From a virus, in IMG/VR virus record IMGVR_UViG_3300044797_000101, positions 32,001 through 96,000 of that record: a DNA stretch of 64,000 nt, one strand, 5' to 3'. Within the stretch, counting starts at the first letter, position 1; each line of letters begins with the position of its first letter. Below the pieces are notes generated by a model, which saw nothing but the letters and a program-made list of their open reading frames with translations, was not told the origin of the DNA and searched no databases. The position numbers and the translations under genes are program-made. Positions 49,993-60,459 of this stretch are shown one piece after another.

Positions 49993-51123
49993 TTAAATCC
50001 TTGTACGTCCATCAATATTATCAATCTCTTCCAACACCTTGAACATCTGCTTACGGTTCACACACTTACTATCTAGTAGATGGAACATGAATCCCTTAAA
50101 ATGATGAGGGACATTCTGCTGTACCCATAATGCAAAGTCTTTGCGTGCTACTTCCCTCGGAGCACTGCTATATAGATTATAACACATGTGCTCTAATTCA
50201 GTTACCCTTTTATTAAAGTGATCAATCTTATCTAGTACATCCTGGCGATACTCTTCAGGAGCTAGAACGGCTAGATTTGACGCTGTTCCATCCGCTACAG
50301 CCTCGAGGATGTTACGATCGCTAAGATGACTTATAAAGCGATGAGCTGCAAGGTAAGCACTTCCTTTGACCTTGACCATTAAATCATCCTCAAACCTGAG
50401 TACGAAGCCTTCCTCAAGCACGGGAAGATCCTTCGCAGTGGTAAGCAGGGAATCTAAAGAGCTAAATGAATACCTCTTAAACGTAGGAACTCCAAGCATT
50501 CCCGCAATCTTATCTACTTCATCAAAGGTAGCGAGCTGTCCAGAGATATGATCGCGATACCCGATCAGGTATAAACCCTCTTCATAACCCTTCTTTTTAT
50601 AATCAACCACGATCTGAAATCGTTTAGAGATAAGCTCGAACACAAGCGTTCCACGGTTCATGTATCGTTCTGCATTAATAAGGAACTGCTTAGACACCGG
50701 CAACGCATTCGTGTATTGTCCATGCTCAGAATCTAAAGAACCTTTAGTAGTGAACGTAAGCTTGTTAGTATTAGGATCTTTGAACGCGATGACCATTGAA
50801 CCATCTAGCTTCTCGCTTGTATCAAAAGTACCCAAAGCTTCAAGGTTCTCATATTTTGTCTCAGGCATTTGATCTAGGTTGAAAAATTTATTGAATGGCC
50901 AAGCCAAGACACGTTGATTCTTGAGGTCTAGGATCAATCCACGACACATTCTATTAAATGTATTCCACAGATTATCGTATTGAACTGCATCCATATAATG
51001 CAGCATCACGACATCAGGGAACTTAGGGGATTGAATAACATAGACGTTGTTATGTTGAGCGTGTTGCTTCAACCGTTCAATGTCCCAAAGATCATTGATC
51101 TTTATGTACTGTGAAGGATTCAT
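49993..51123 (-). CDS. RNA ligase, T4 Rnl1-like
   Basis: CRGLILD, PFNKFFN, EKLDGS, FELI, EGFVLR, VKVK. Confidence 0.9.
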   Translation of the reverse strand: MNPSQYIKINDLWDIERLKQHAQHNNVYVIQSPKFPDVVMLHYMDAVQYDNLWNTFNRMCRGLILDLKNQRVLAWPFNKFFNLDQMPETKYENLEALGTFDTSEKLDGSMVIAFKDPNTNKLTFTTKGSLDSEHGQYTNALPVSKQFLINAERYMNRGTLVFELISKRFQIVVDYKKKGYEEGLYLIGYRDHISGQLATFDEVDKIAGMLGVPTFKRYSFSSLDSLLTTAKDLPVLEEGFVLRFEDDLMVKVKGSAYLAAHRFISHLSDRNILEAVADGTASNLAVLAPEEYRQDVLDKIDHFNKRVTELEHMCYNLYSSAPREVARKDFALWVQQNVPHHFKGFMFHLLDSKCVNRKQMFKVLEEIDNIDGRTRI

Positions 51124-51595
51124 TTCTTTCCTTTATTCGCTAGCAATTCTTTCTTTGCACTCAAGATAGAGAGATAATCAATGTTCTCAGTCGTTTCCAG
51201 TTGGATCTTAATCGTTGTGATACCCTTACGAGTGACACGATCTTGCACTCGTTTAATAAGATAAGGTGCTTTATAATTGCCTACCTGAATGATGATAGGA
51301 TAATCGATGAAATCCGTATCATCTAGTTTGAACCATACCGACTTCTTCTTAAGGATAACGTCCGTGAACTCAGCACGAACATTACGCAGCTTAAGCCACT
51401 TCTTAAATTTAGCCTTGGATTGATCTGTTGTGTTACCACTTGTCTTTGTACCATTTACAGCGTCAATAACTGTAACCTTAATCTTCGTAACAGCGTCAGG
51501 TTTCTTGCGACGCTTATTAATGTAGCGATTATATTGTTGAGGCATCCATCGTGCCGCAGCTAGTCGCACAAAGGTCCGTTGAATCTTATTCAAAC

Positions 51596-52132
51596 TCATG
51601 AATTGTTCTCCTGATTAAGTGCTTCATCTACTTTATCTGAGATTGTCTGAGACACATTCTCGACTACTTGTGCCTTGATCTCATCCTTCAAATCTTCTGT
51701 TTCTACTGAGTCAAACAAGTGTCCTACCTCTACAGAATGCCGTCCCTTCTTAAGCTTACGTTTACCTCGTTTCTTTTTAGCCTTATTAGAGGTATCAAGG
51801 ATCGCTACAGCTTTTGCCTTATCATGCTGCTTCTTCTTTCTGGCATACCACCAAGTAGCTAAAGCTGTACCTACGATCTTACCGATCGTGTATAGAATGT
51901 ATGGGATAAGCTTATAGTAATCATGCACTCCGTTGTGCCATGTTTCCCAGAACTGAATCAACACACCGAATAGGAAAACGTACATAAAGAAGTCGATGAT
52001 CTGATTTAAAGAACTATAGACAACAGTGGCTAAAAACTTAAGCCGTGATGATACTAGGGTTTCCCACGTATCTATGTAGAATTCTAATACGCCGATTAAA
52101 AAGAATCCTATGGATAAACCTAATGTTGACAT
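51596..52132 (-). CDS. Three-TM membrane protein
   Basis: Hydrophobic segments followed by a charged tail. Confidence 0.6.
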   Translation of the reverse strand: MSTLGLSIGFFLIGVLEFYIDTWETLVSSRLKFLATVVYSSLNQIIDFFMYVFLFGVLIQFWETWHNGVHDYYKLIPYILYTIGKIVGTALATWWYARKKKQHDKAKAVAILDTSNKAKKKRGKRKLKKGRHSVEVGHLFDSVETEDLKDEIKAQVVENVSQTISDKVDEALNQENNS

Positions 52133-52140
52133 GTTATCCT

Positions 52141-52731
52141 TTACTGCGCTCCTAACACCAAGTCAATCGCGATACGACGTTTCTCAAAGGCTTTCCAATA
52201 CTTCTCTGAATACTTACCATTATGGAAATGAACCAATCCATTGTAGGCCATGATCGACTTCTTATAATCGCCATGCTTCTTAAACTTGCCATCTAAAACT
52301 CTGAACATAATATCTGTATTCAAATCAATATCATAGTAGTTCTTATGCACATTGTAATCCTTAAACTCACAAGGCATGATTTGAAACACGCCTCGTTCAC
52401 CGTGCGTACCGACTTCGAACTGACGAAATTCTGACTCAAGCCAAGCCATCGCAATGATATCGTTACGGCGGAATGGTCCATTAGGATACCAAACAGGAAG
52501 CTGCTTATCGATCTGCTTTAGAAGCTCTACCACTACAGTGGAACGGACAGGCGTTCCTTCTTTAAATAGAACATCGTTCAATTTCGCTGCTTGCTGATAG
52601 TAAGCTAATTCAATCTCAGCTTCAGTTTTCACATGAACCTTAGGCTCGTCAAGTTTTTGCTGCAAGCGACAGATACCGAAATACAATCCAAAACCAGCCA
52701 CTAATAGAACAGTCTTATGAATGTTGTTCAT
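52141..52731 (-). CDS. Lytic transglycosylase (SLT-like)
   Basis: N-terminal anchor; LESEF, GVFQI, AYNG. Confidence 0.8.
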   Translation of the reverse strand: MNNIHKTVLLVAGFGLYFGICRLQQKLDEPKVHVKTEAEIELAYYQQAAKLNDVLFKEGTPVRSTVVVELLKQIDKQLPVWYPNGPFRRNDIIAMAWLESEFRQFEVGTHGERGVFQIMPCEFKDYNVHKNYYDIDLNTDIMFRVLDGKFKKHGDYKKSIMAYNGLVHFHNGKYSEKYWKAFEKRRIAIDLVLGAQ

Positions 52732-52951
52732 AACGTCCTCCTTTTACTTCGTGAGTGGCGGTGGCGTACATTTCATGTGTCTTACATATTGTCCCACTGA
52801 TCTATAACTTTCTTTTCCAATCTTGAGAAAATTGATCTGCTTGTTACAAATAAAGCATTGTTGATACCACTTTACTCCGTCTGCTGTAAACCCTGGTTTT
52901 GACTGTCCAGGCGTAAAATTGTATTCACCCATTATTATTCCCTCCTAATTG

Positions 52952-52980
52952 ATTATACCAGGCATTTGCTGATTTGTACA
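52952..52980 (-). promoter_or_regulatory. Sigma70-type promoter
   Basis: TGTACA-17-TATAAT followed by AGGAGG. Confidence 0.8.
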
Positions 52981-53000
52981 CCCCCTAAAATCAGCTTGAT

Positions 53001-53582
53001 TTAAAGAGCCGTTTCTAACATTACAAGCTGCTTAAGTTTCCTTAAAACCTCAATAACCATCCAAGTATCTCCCTTGGCTGTGTGAGGGACATTTGTGATA
53101 GTAGATATACCAAAATGAATGGCAATCTCAGATAAAGATCCTGCTAAGTCTCGTGAAACCAATCCAGTGAGTTTCATGAACTGAATGATGCTTCCAGTAT
53201 CCAACATCCGATAGGATACATACTGATTAAATGCCTTGTTAACTAGGTGCTTTTTAACAAACTGGACATCGAAAGCAATATTATGGCCTAATGGAGTAAG
53301 CTTCGTCGTTCCATCTGGTGCATGTGTCTTAAGGAAATTATAGAGAAGCTGTCCAGCTTTGCTCTCTGTAATGGCAACCTTGTCATGCTCGATCAAATTA
53401 ATCTTATTTACTTCTAAGCCTTGAGCTGTCACACTGTAATTACCATCATCTGGCTTTACCAATAGATCAAGCTCGCCATAGATAGTTTTAAGATCCTCAT
53501 CTATCACTACGAAATACGCAGACAAGAGAGAATTATCATCATTCACTCCGCCTGATTCTGTATCAAATGCAAGATATTTCAA
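53001..53582 (-). CDS. DEDDh 3'-5' exonuclease
   Basis: FDTES, GHNIAFD, LDT, HTAKGD. Confidence 0.9.
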   Translation of the reverse strand: MKYLAFDTESGGVNDDNSLLSAYFVVIDEDLKTIYGELDLLVKPDDGNYSVTAQGLEVNKINLIEHDKVAITESKAGQLLYNFLKTHAPDGTTKLTPLGHNIAFDVQFVKKHLVNKAFNQYVSYRMLDTGSIIQFMKLTGLVSRDLAGSLSEIAIHFGISTITNVPHTAKGDTWMVIEVLRKLKQLVMLETAL

Positions 53583-53679
53583 GGTCTATAAACCTCTTTA
53601 TCCTCTAATAGTTCTTTAAGCTCTTCAAGTAGCCAATCTTGTGGTGGTTCCGGAATAACAACGGCTGGTTTTTTCGGGT

Positions 53680-54012
53680 CTACCATACATCCTCCTCTTC
53701 CGATTGTTGGAATGTTTTAAGCCATGAGTGAATCTGAAGCTCTAACAATGTAAATCCGTCTTGATCAAAATTGGCGATAAACTCTCTCTTGAATGCTTGA
53801 TGATATATCTTAGCAACATGTGCACTACCAACAGCATCGTAAAGGATCGCCGCAGCAGTTTGGCTTGGTCCTGACCCAAAGTATCCCCATTCTGTATCTG
53901 CTCCGTAATCGTACACATCCTTCTTTGATGGACCTAGATCTAAAAGCTTTCCATCCACATAGACGTTAGCCGTATATCCTGGAACAGCACGAATGCCTAC
54001 GTAGATCTTCAT
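53680..54012 (-). CDS. DUF6166-like protein
   Basis: EWGYFGSGPSQTAAAIL...YHQAFK. Confidence 0.65.
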   Translation of the reverse strand: MKIYVGIRAVPGYTANVYVDGKLLDLGPSKKDVYDYGADTEWGYFGSGPSQTAAAILYDAVGSAHVAKIYHQAFKREFIANFDQDGFTLLELQIHSWLKTFQQSEEEDVW

Positions 54013-54253
54013 CCTACAAGCTCCCAAACTGCTTTTTCAGACATCGTATGGTTACATGAGATACAGATATAAAGCTTACCTATCTTCTCTAAATGAACTA
54101 GCTTACAGCTTGGGCATAAGACATTCTCTAAATCTGGGTTATGTCCTGCTGCATCATAGCCAAAGCATAAACAATCCAAACAGATATTTGTTGGACCACA
54201 TCTATGCCTCTCTTCTATATGCTTACAGACACAAGGTAATTTCTTATATAAGC

Positions 54254-54499
54254 TCACTTATCTTTGTCCTTATTCTTAGCTGCCCACTCCAAAAATTCTA
54301 GGTTGTCCTTAGGTATAAACTGGTTACAAGGACATTTCTTATAATCTCCAAGCTCATTAACAAACGCATCAACACAATACTTAATCTTCTTTTGATCAAT
54401 AAATAGATGAGACATTAAGACATGGCTGCAAGTTCTGCACACGCTTAATGCTCTAGTAAGTCGATCTACAATCTCGCCGTCAGCGTTATTGTCCATCAT
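54254..54499 (-). CDS. DNLxYLE-tagged zinc-finger protein (isolated copy)
   Basis: CRTCSH...CPCNQFIPKDNLEFLEW. Confidence 0.8.
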   Translation of the reverse strand: MMDNNADGEIVDRLTRALSVCRTCSHVLMSHLFIDQKKIKYCVDAFVNELGDYKKCPCNQFIPKDNLEFLEWAAKNKDKDK

Positions 54500-54955
54500 A
54501 GTACAGAGTTATATTAAATTCGCTTCCATCAGAACCATCATAGATTGTCACATGCACGTTTAAAGCTTCATCCAGTACAAGATTAGAATAACGACGAAGG
54601 ACGTTATCCTTAATCATCCTACCAAGGACACGTGTCATAGCACTCTTAATATTTCTTTCAGTAGCTGATTCAGAAGAAAAGCATAACTCTGCCGATAATA
54701 GCTGATCTAGCATTAGTTTATAAGTCTCGTGACTGAAGTGGCTCATTTATTTTGCACCCATATGTTCGCGAATAGCTCGCGTATTGTCCGCTGTTTGCGC
54801 CGAAGTAACCTGGATCTGACTAACTATATCAATCATCTTATGAAGCAATGCTCTATACGTATTATCTGATTCTGCATTTAGGGATGGAACTGTAATCCAT
54901 CCGATAAAGATCCCAGCAATTATAAATAAAACATTTGTCTTATTCATAAAAGGAT

Positions 54956-55165
54956 CTATCCGTTTGCTTCTGGTGTTTCAGGTAATTTAGCCACTTGAGC
55001 AGCTTTGATACCAGCACTGATCGCAGCCTTATGAGCCGCAGTTTTCTTGCGTCCCTTTAAAGCTTCGCTAATAGCTTTGGCGTGCTCATCGGTAAAAAGC
55101 TTGCCAGCTTTAGCAGCCGCAATCTTAGCCTTTGTCTCAGGTGAATGTGCTTGACCTTTACGCAT
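54956..55165 (-). CDS. Stand-alone NUMOD3-repeat protein
   Basis: HSPETKAKIA, TDEHAKAISEALKG, AAHKAAIS. Confidence 0.75.
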   Translation of the reverse strand: MRKGQAHSPETKAKIAAAKAGKLFTDEHAKAISEALKGRKKTAAHKAAISAGIKAAQVAKLPETPEANG

Positions 55166-55818
55166 TTTTGTTTATCTCCTTTAACCTACTGAGCGCTTCG
55201 ACATACTCAATATTCGTTATGCACTTTGTTCTTACGTGCTCTTTAGCATCCTCTTCATTTCTTATGTTGCAAATTCCTCTACTACACTGATCACGCTTGT
55301 AGATAGTCAAACCACGTGAGAACGCAAACCAACGTGTGAGATTAGTCCTCATGCTTTAGTGTGCAAATCACATTGCCGCGTAGTCGAATGACATCTCGAC
55401 CATAATCATCTAGCACGATTGTTCCGTTATCTTCTACATACATAAAATAGCCTGAGAATACCTCATCTGATCCTGGATAGCTACAATCCACGGGAGGATT
55501 GCCTATGATATTTACAGGAGCGTGAGCGTCAGTAACAAGATGACCCTTCTCAACCGTTACATATCGAATGCTAGTGCAGCTGGACAGTAACAATGGAACA
55601 GCTAGCCATAGGTATCTCATTCTGTATCTCCCTCTAGTTTTAGACGTTTACGTTCAAAACAAAGTGAACTTCTATGATCAGCATAAGTATCTCTACAATC
55701 TTTTAGGGTCTTATATTCGCATGAGACAGTTTTCTTCGCGTAATCAACGAGACAGTAATCTTGTTTACCAGATTTTGTGTAATGTTTAAACGCTTGATGT
55801 GGTTCCAGCGTGAAAAGA

Positions 55819-56211
55819 CTAAATAGGAATAGTAACATATCCCACTCCAGTTTTATGAGGGAAAATGGCTTGCTTCACGCCACGTTCCTTTAAAAGACGT
55901 TGGCAAAGATCACACGGACCAGAAAAGCAGAGGTTGCCAGTAGATACATTCTGACCCCAAATATAAACTGCCGCTCCACGTACAGAGAAGTCACACTTCA
56001 GTAATGCGTCGCACTCAGCATGCAACCCAAAATAACGTCGTTCACCATTCTGACTCGTTATCTTAGGCATCTTAGGATGCGACTTACGATTGCGTCCTGT
56101 TGCTAAAACCTTATTCCCATCCACAATGACGACCCCGAATTGACGCTTCATCTCTGTACTCTTCAGAGCCATTTCGCGTGCAACCTTCAGGAATCGATTG
56201 TGATTAGCCAC
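55819..56211 (-). CDS. Cytidine/dCMP-type deaminase
   Basis: HAECDA, PCDLC. Confidence 0.85.
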   Translation of the reverse strand: MANHNRFLKVAREMALKSTEMKRQFGVVIVDGNKVLATGRNRKSHPKMPKITSQNGERRYFGLHAECDALLKCDFSVRGAAVYIWGQNVSTGNLCFSGPCDLCQRLLKERGVKQAIFPHKTGVGYVTIPI

Positions 56212-56539
56212 GCGGATGGTTCCTTCGATACTCTTCTGTCAATCGCATATTCTCAAGATCAACATCATCATATGTAGAATCAGCCCAAAGACGAGCAAAG
56301 AATTTCGCTTCTTGTGGAGTGTATCCATGCGTTAATGCATGTTGTTCAGTCGTGAGAATGCCTTCTAATTGAGTCTCACATTCCGGACAAGTTACAGGCA
56401 CATTTGCATCTGAATATTCAGCGGCCATTTGTATTCTCCTCAGGTTTTCTAATCCAGCCTTTATATTCCTGGAATAGGAAATCACATTCATCACAGCATT
56501 GAGATTCTTGAGTTTGCTCTAGTATAGGGTCCATAATCT

Positions 56540-56568
56540 ATTCTACCATAAGTAGGTAAAAATGTACA
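56540..56568 (-). promoter_or_regulatory. Sigma70-type promoter, leaderless
   Basis: TGTACA-17-TAGAAT; ATG 5 nt after -10. Confidence 0.7.
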
Positions 56569-56940
56569 TAGTTATTTACTTTTCTTTTGTTTGCTTTCCT
56601 TAACAATCTTAACATCAGAAGTGGTTGCTTTTTCAACCAGTTTTCTAAACTTCTCTAAAAGATTATCATCGGCAACTACATTTAACTTCTCAGGTGTACC
56701 CTTCTTTTTTAATGCCATTTTAAGCTCCTTAATTCCACCTATAGGAATCACTGTCATACTGTACTTCTATCTCATCCCCGTCTGTTCCTGATGCTCTCTT
56801 ACGCTCAAACATGTTACAATCACAACCATCTACAGAATCACAGTACCAAAGCCCGAATGTAGATTGTTCATGCAATCTAAATGTGTGATCACAATTTCTA
56901 CATAGAAAGCTCATCTCGTCCATGTTTCTATATACTCCTT

Positions 56941-56982
56941 AAAAAGATGCTCCGTTCCGAAGGGAGGGTCGGAAACGGAGCG
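56941..56982 (-). terminator. Intrinsic terminator
   Basis: Minus strand GCTCCGTTTCCGA...TCGGAACGGAGC stem then ATCTTTTT, right after the stop at 56986. Confidence 0.7.
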
Positions 56983-57874
56983 AAATCAAGACTTCTTGGT
57001 CTTCTTAGTCTTTGCTTTGGCTTTTTTCTTTTTAGGTACTTCCTGCTTCTTTTCAGCTTCTTTAAGCATCTTCGCAAGATCTTCTATCGTCATTCCTGAA
57101 CCAGCTGCTTCTGCTTGTTTCTTCTGACACGCTTCACAGTAGCATTGAACCTTAAGTGCTGATCCGTCTTCGTTAAAGACATGAGCGCATTCAGAACACT
57201 TCCAATGGTTCCCTAATAAGGTCTTAGAGGAAGGTGATTTACAGGTAACACAAGGAATAGATCCTTCATGTCCTGAGAAATCATTAAGCTCTGCCCATAT
57301 ATCGCTCATGTTATTCTGTTACAGTGCCTTCGCGTTCCGCACGTGCAAGAGCAATCTCATCACGTTTCTCTTTACGAGCCTTACGTTGAAGACGACCAGC
57401 AAGCTTGTTCTTGATAAAGGATGTGCTGCGACCACCTTTACGAGATTTGCGGCTAGGAGTATCTGCTGCTTTTGGTTGCGGTGTATATTTTGGCATGTTA
57501 TTTGCCCTCCCTAATTTTAGTAACAAGTTTTGGATTCGCTTTAATGATCTTAGAAACCTTCTTGACTAGCAACTGAAAGTTCACGCTGTCCTGATTGAAC
57601 CAAGTGAGTAGTTGCTGAGGATCAAGAGTATGGACTCCTTCTAGCAGTTTCACCTTACTCTTTTCAAGCAGCAGCTCGTCTAACTTCGATCCCTTGCTCA
57701 TGACTTTCGAACTCCTTTAGTTTTAAAGGGCACGATATAAAGTAGATACGGTCGACCCTTTTTACCAAGCTTGTTGACCTTTACGCCTGAAGCAAGCCCA
57801 ATCTTTACGATATCATCACCTGCTGCTACAGCTGCCTTCTTAGTCTTGAAGCTATCGTGGAATACCCAAGCCAT

Positions 57875-58987
57875 CTACTTATCCTCGCGAGCCGCACGAG
57901 AAGCTTTACCAACCTTGAGGATACGATCATCAAGCTCAACCAATGCACTCACGACTTCAGACGGAAGCTCATGGATCAACATCGCAGCAATGTCTGCGCT
58001 AATGTCATCGATGAAATCAATCAGGTTCTTCATCTGAGGTTTAGTCAGCTTCTTGTTAGAGGTCTCAGCGATACCAACGATCTGCTTAATCGTGACGTGC
58101 ATCTCATCGGTTTTCTTTAATTGTTTTTTGATCTTGTCTTTCACCTTGTCGTACTCATTCAAGACCTCTTCACCGTTCACAGGACGTTCATAGTTCTTGT
58201 CCATGAATTTGATGAAAGCAACCGCCGCATCTTTACCGAGAATACCAGCGATGATCTCGAACTCAAGATCCTGAGGAATTGCTTTGGCTTTGAAGAGCAA
58301 CGCCAACGTATCACCCCAACCAGCAGGTGTTCGTTTGACTGGGAAGTCAAACTCTTCGTTCTCATACAACATCTCTTTGTGCGTACCAATAAAGCCAGTA
58401 ATTTCAGGTGGCACATTGCCAATCGTGGTTGCCCAATCAAGCCAAGCATTGACATTGGGTTTCACGACGACAACCGAGCAGCGACGAATCAAGGCTTTAT
58501 CAAGTGTTTCAACCTGATAGTCACCAGAATCTGTTTCAGGATTCATCGCAAGCACGATCGTCCAACCATCAGGAAGAACAGAGGTATGAAGAACGCGATC
58601 CCAAATGAACTGGAAGATACACTGGCGGACATCGTTCGGAGCGCGATTAAGCTCTTCCAAACAAATGATCCCACGCGTACCTTCTTTCGGAAACCATGAA
58701 GGACGAGCCCAATGTGTCTCATGTTGACCATGCACAATCGAAGCATTACCGTTCTTATCCGTGACGGTTTTGCAGTCGTCCGTGCAACGCTGATAAGGAA
58801 TACCGATAAGATCTGATGGTTCTTGCGTAGCTAAACGCAAGTCAATAAACCCACAATTCAACTCTTTCGCTAATTGTTTTTCAATAGCAGATTTACCAAT
58901 ACCTGATGGTCCAACCATCGCAATGGTTACTGGTACCTGTTTCTCAGCGATATTTTTGATGTAGCGTTTAGCGTCATTAATGTGCAT
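57875..58987 (-). CDS. MoxR/dynein-related AAA+ ATPase
   Basis: GPSGIGKS, FIDLRL, CLEELNR, LAMNP, DKALIRR. Confidence 0.88.
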   Translation of the reverse strand: MHINDAKRYIKNIAEKQVPVTIAMVGPSGIGKSAIEKQLAKELNCGFIDLRLATQEPSDLIGIPYQRCTDDCKTVTDKNGNASIVHGQHETHWARPSWFPKEGTRGIICLEELNRAPNDVRQCIFQFIWDRVLHTSVLPDGWTIVLAMNPETDSGDYQVETLDKALIRRCSVVVVKPNVNAWLDWATTIGNVPPEITGFIGTHKEMLYENEEFDFPVKRTPAGWGDTLALLFKAKAIPQDLEFEIIAGILGKDAAVAFIKFMDKNYERPVNGEEVLNEYDKVKDKIKKQLKKTDEMHVTIKQIVGIAETSNKKLTKPQMKNLIDFIDDISADIAAMLIHELPSEVVSALVELDDRILKVGKASRAAREDK

Positions 58988-59021
58988 TGTTATCTCCCAT
59001 TATTATTTTCTAACCTGCTTT

Positions 59022-59050
59022 ATTATAACAGATATTTACCTACTTGTCAA
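59022..59050 (-). promoter_or_regulatory. Sigma70-type promoter
   Basis: TTGACA-17-TATAAT. Confidence 0.85.
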
Positions 59051-59054
59051 CCCC

Positions 59055-60353
59055 CTACTTCTGTCTTTTTTTATCTGGGTTGTCAATCAACGATATAACG
59101 TGTCCAAACGGCATCTTCTGTTTCGGTCCTGTTAATACCCAAAGAACTGGATAAGGTGGACGTTTGCACTGTTCTTGATCTCCATATCCGTCTGTAAAGA
59201 AGATCAAAAGATCAGTCTTAATCTTCTTTTCTTTGACATGCTTAAAGACAGGAAGGAAGCTTGTGCCGCCTCGTCCTTTAAAGTTTGTCTGGGCACGTTT
59301 GTACTTGTTGAGCGTATAGGTCTTCTGAATGTCAGCGTCACACTCCATGACAGTCATTGTTCCTTTATAGCAAGATTGAATGGCTCGCAGCTCAGACAAG
59401 AAGTCTTTCAAATCCTCACTGCCTACAGAACCGCTTGTGTCGATTGCAATGCTCACTGATACCATGCGATCGCTTAGCTTACCCTTCTGTGTGTCACCGA
59501 ATCGACGGTTGGGACGTTTCCAAGATCGTTTAGAACCAGCTTTAATAGACGCAGCCAAGAACTTCTTGAGAAGCGTACGCCAGGAAATCACTGGAGGTTT
59601 AAGCCATTCCCCAATCGCTTCTTCTAATCCATAAGGCATCGTTCCACGCGCTTTCTGAGTTGCTTCAACCGCTTCCTTTACTGCTTGACGAATAACCTCT
59701 TTGGCAAGCTCTGGAACATCTCCAGCTTCATTGCCTTCAGACTGCTTATCCTTATTGTTACAGATATTCTTAATCTTAACTTTCCCGATTGTATTCCCTT
59801 GTCCATCTTTTAAGGTGATCTCTGTATTCCCTTGTCCATCGTCAGAAATCTCCATCTTTCCGCCTTTGCCATCTTTACCCTTCGCGGTCTTTTTCAATTC
59901 TTTATAGTAGTTCTCTGACGTATCATCGTCTTTCAAATTAACCTTAACGCCTTGCTTCGCAAACTGTTCAGTGATCGACGCAGGAGTACATGCTCCTTTA
60001 GGAAGCTTCTGAATGTTCTTGTTGGCATTCATGTCTTGTGCGATATTGGCAAGTGAGGAATTCTCTTTATACTCGTCACGCATACGAGTTAAGTGACCAA
60101 GCACGACGTGATTGCACTCATGAGTAAGAACAGCGACAGCTTCTTCAACTGTCAGCGTCTCAAGGAATTCAGGATTAAAGTAGAAGTTGATGCGACCATT
60201 CTCAATAGCAACAGCTTCAGTGGGAATCTGTTTGGCCAATTCACCAACGCACTCAATCTTACGCATCTGAGACAAAAGGCTAGCATAGAACGGACTCGTT
60301 TGGATGAGTCGAATGCTCAGCTTTTCCATCATTGTCATTGATTCACTTGACAT
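59055..60353 (-). CDS. Metallopeptidase-like plus VWA protein (DUF2201-type)
   Basis: HECNH, SWKRPNRR, IDTSGS, GRGGT, FTDG. Confidence 0.88.
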   Translation of the reverse strand: MSSESMTMMEKLSIRLIQTSPFYASLLSQMRKIECVGELAKQIPTEAVAIENGRINFYFNPEFLETLTVEEAVAVLTHECNHVVLGHLTRMRDEYKENSSLANIAQDMNANKNIQKLPKGACTPASITEQFAKQGVKVNLKDDDTSENYYKELKKTAKGKDGKGGKMEISDDGQGNTEITLKDGQGNTIGKVKIKNICNNKDKQSEGNEAGDVPELAKEVIRQAVKEAVEATQKARGTMPYGLEEAIGEWLKPPVISWRTLLKKFLAASIKAGSKRSWKRPNRRFGDTQKGKLSDRMVSVSIAIDTSGSVGSEDLKDFLSELRAIQSCYKGTMTVMECDADIQKTYTLNKYKRAQTNFKGRGGTSFLPVFKHVKEKKIKTDLLIFFTDGYGDQEQCKRPPYPVLWVLTGPKQKMPFGHVISLIDNPDKKRQK

Positions 60354-60459
60354 AGTTATTCCTCATCCTCTTCGATCGAAATTTCTTCCTCAACCTCTTC
60401 TGGTTCAGGAAAATTCATATAGTACAGCTGCAGCTTGCTATCACTAGGCATCATATCTT

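Noticed and set aside
6003-56757. Weak tag-like strings (DGLEIVE 6003, DRLKYLE 18825, DGLSYLD 38229, TNLDLVE 44082, ENIDYLS 51120, TNIEYVE 55158, DNLLE 56572)
   Set aside because: Too degenerate or too internal to count without an HMM; excluded from the tally of about 62.
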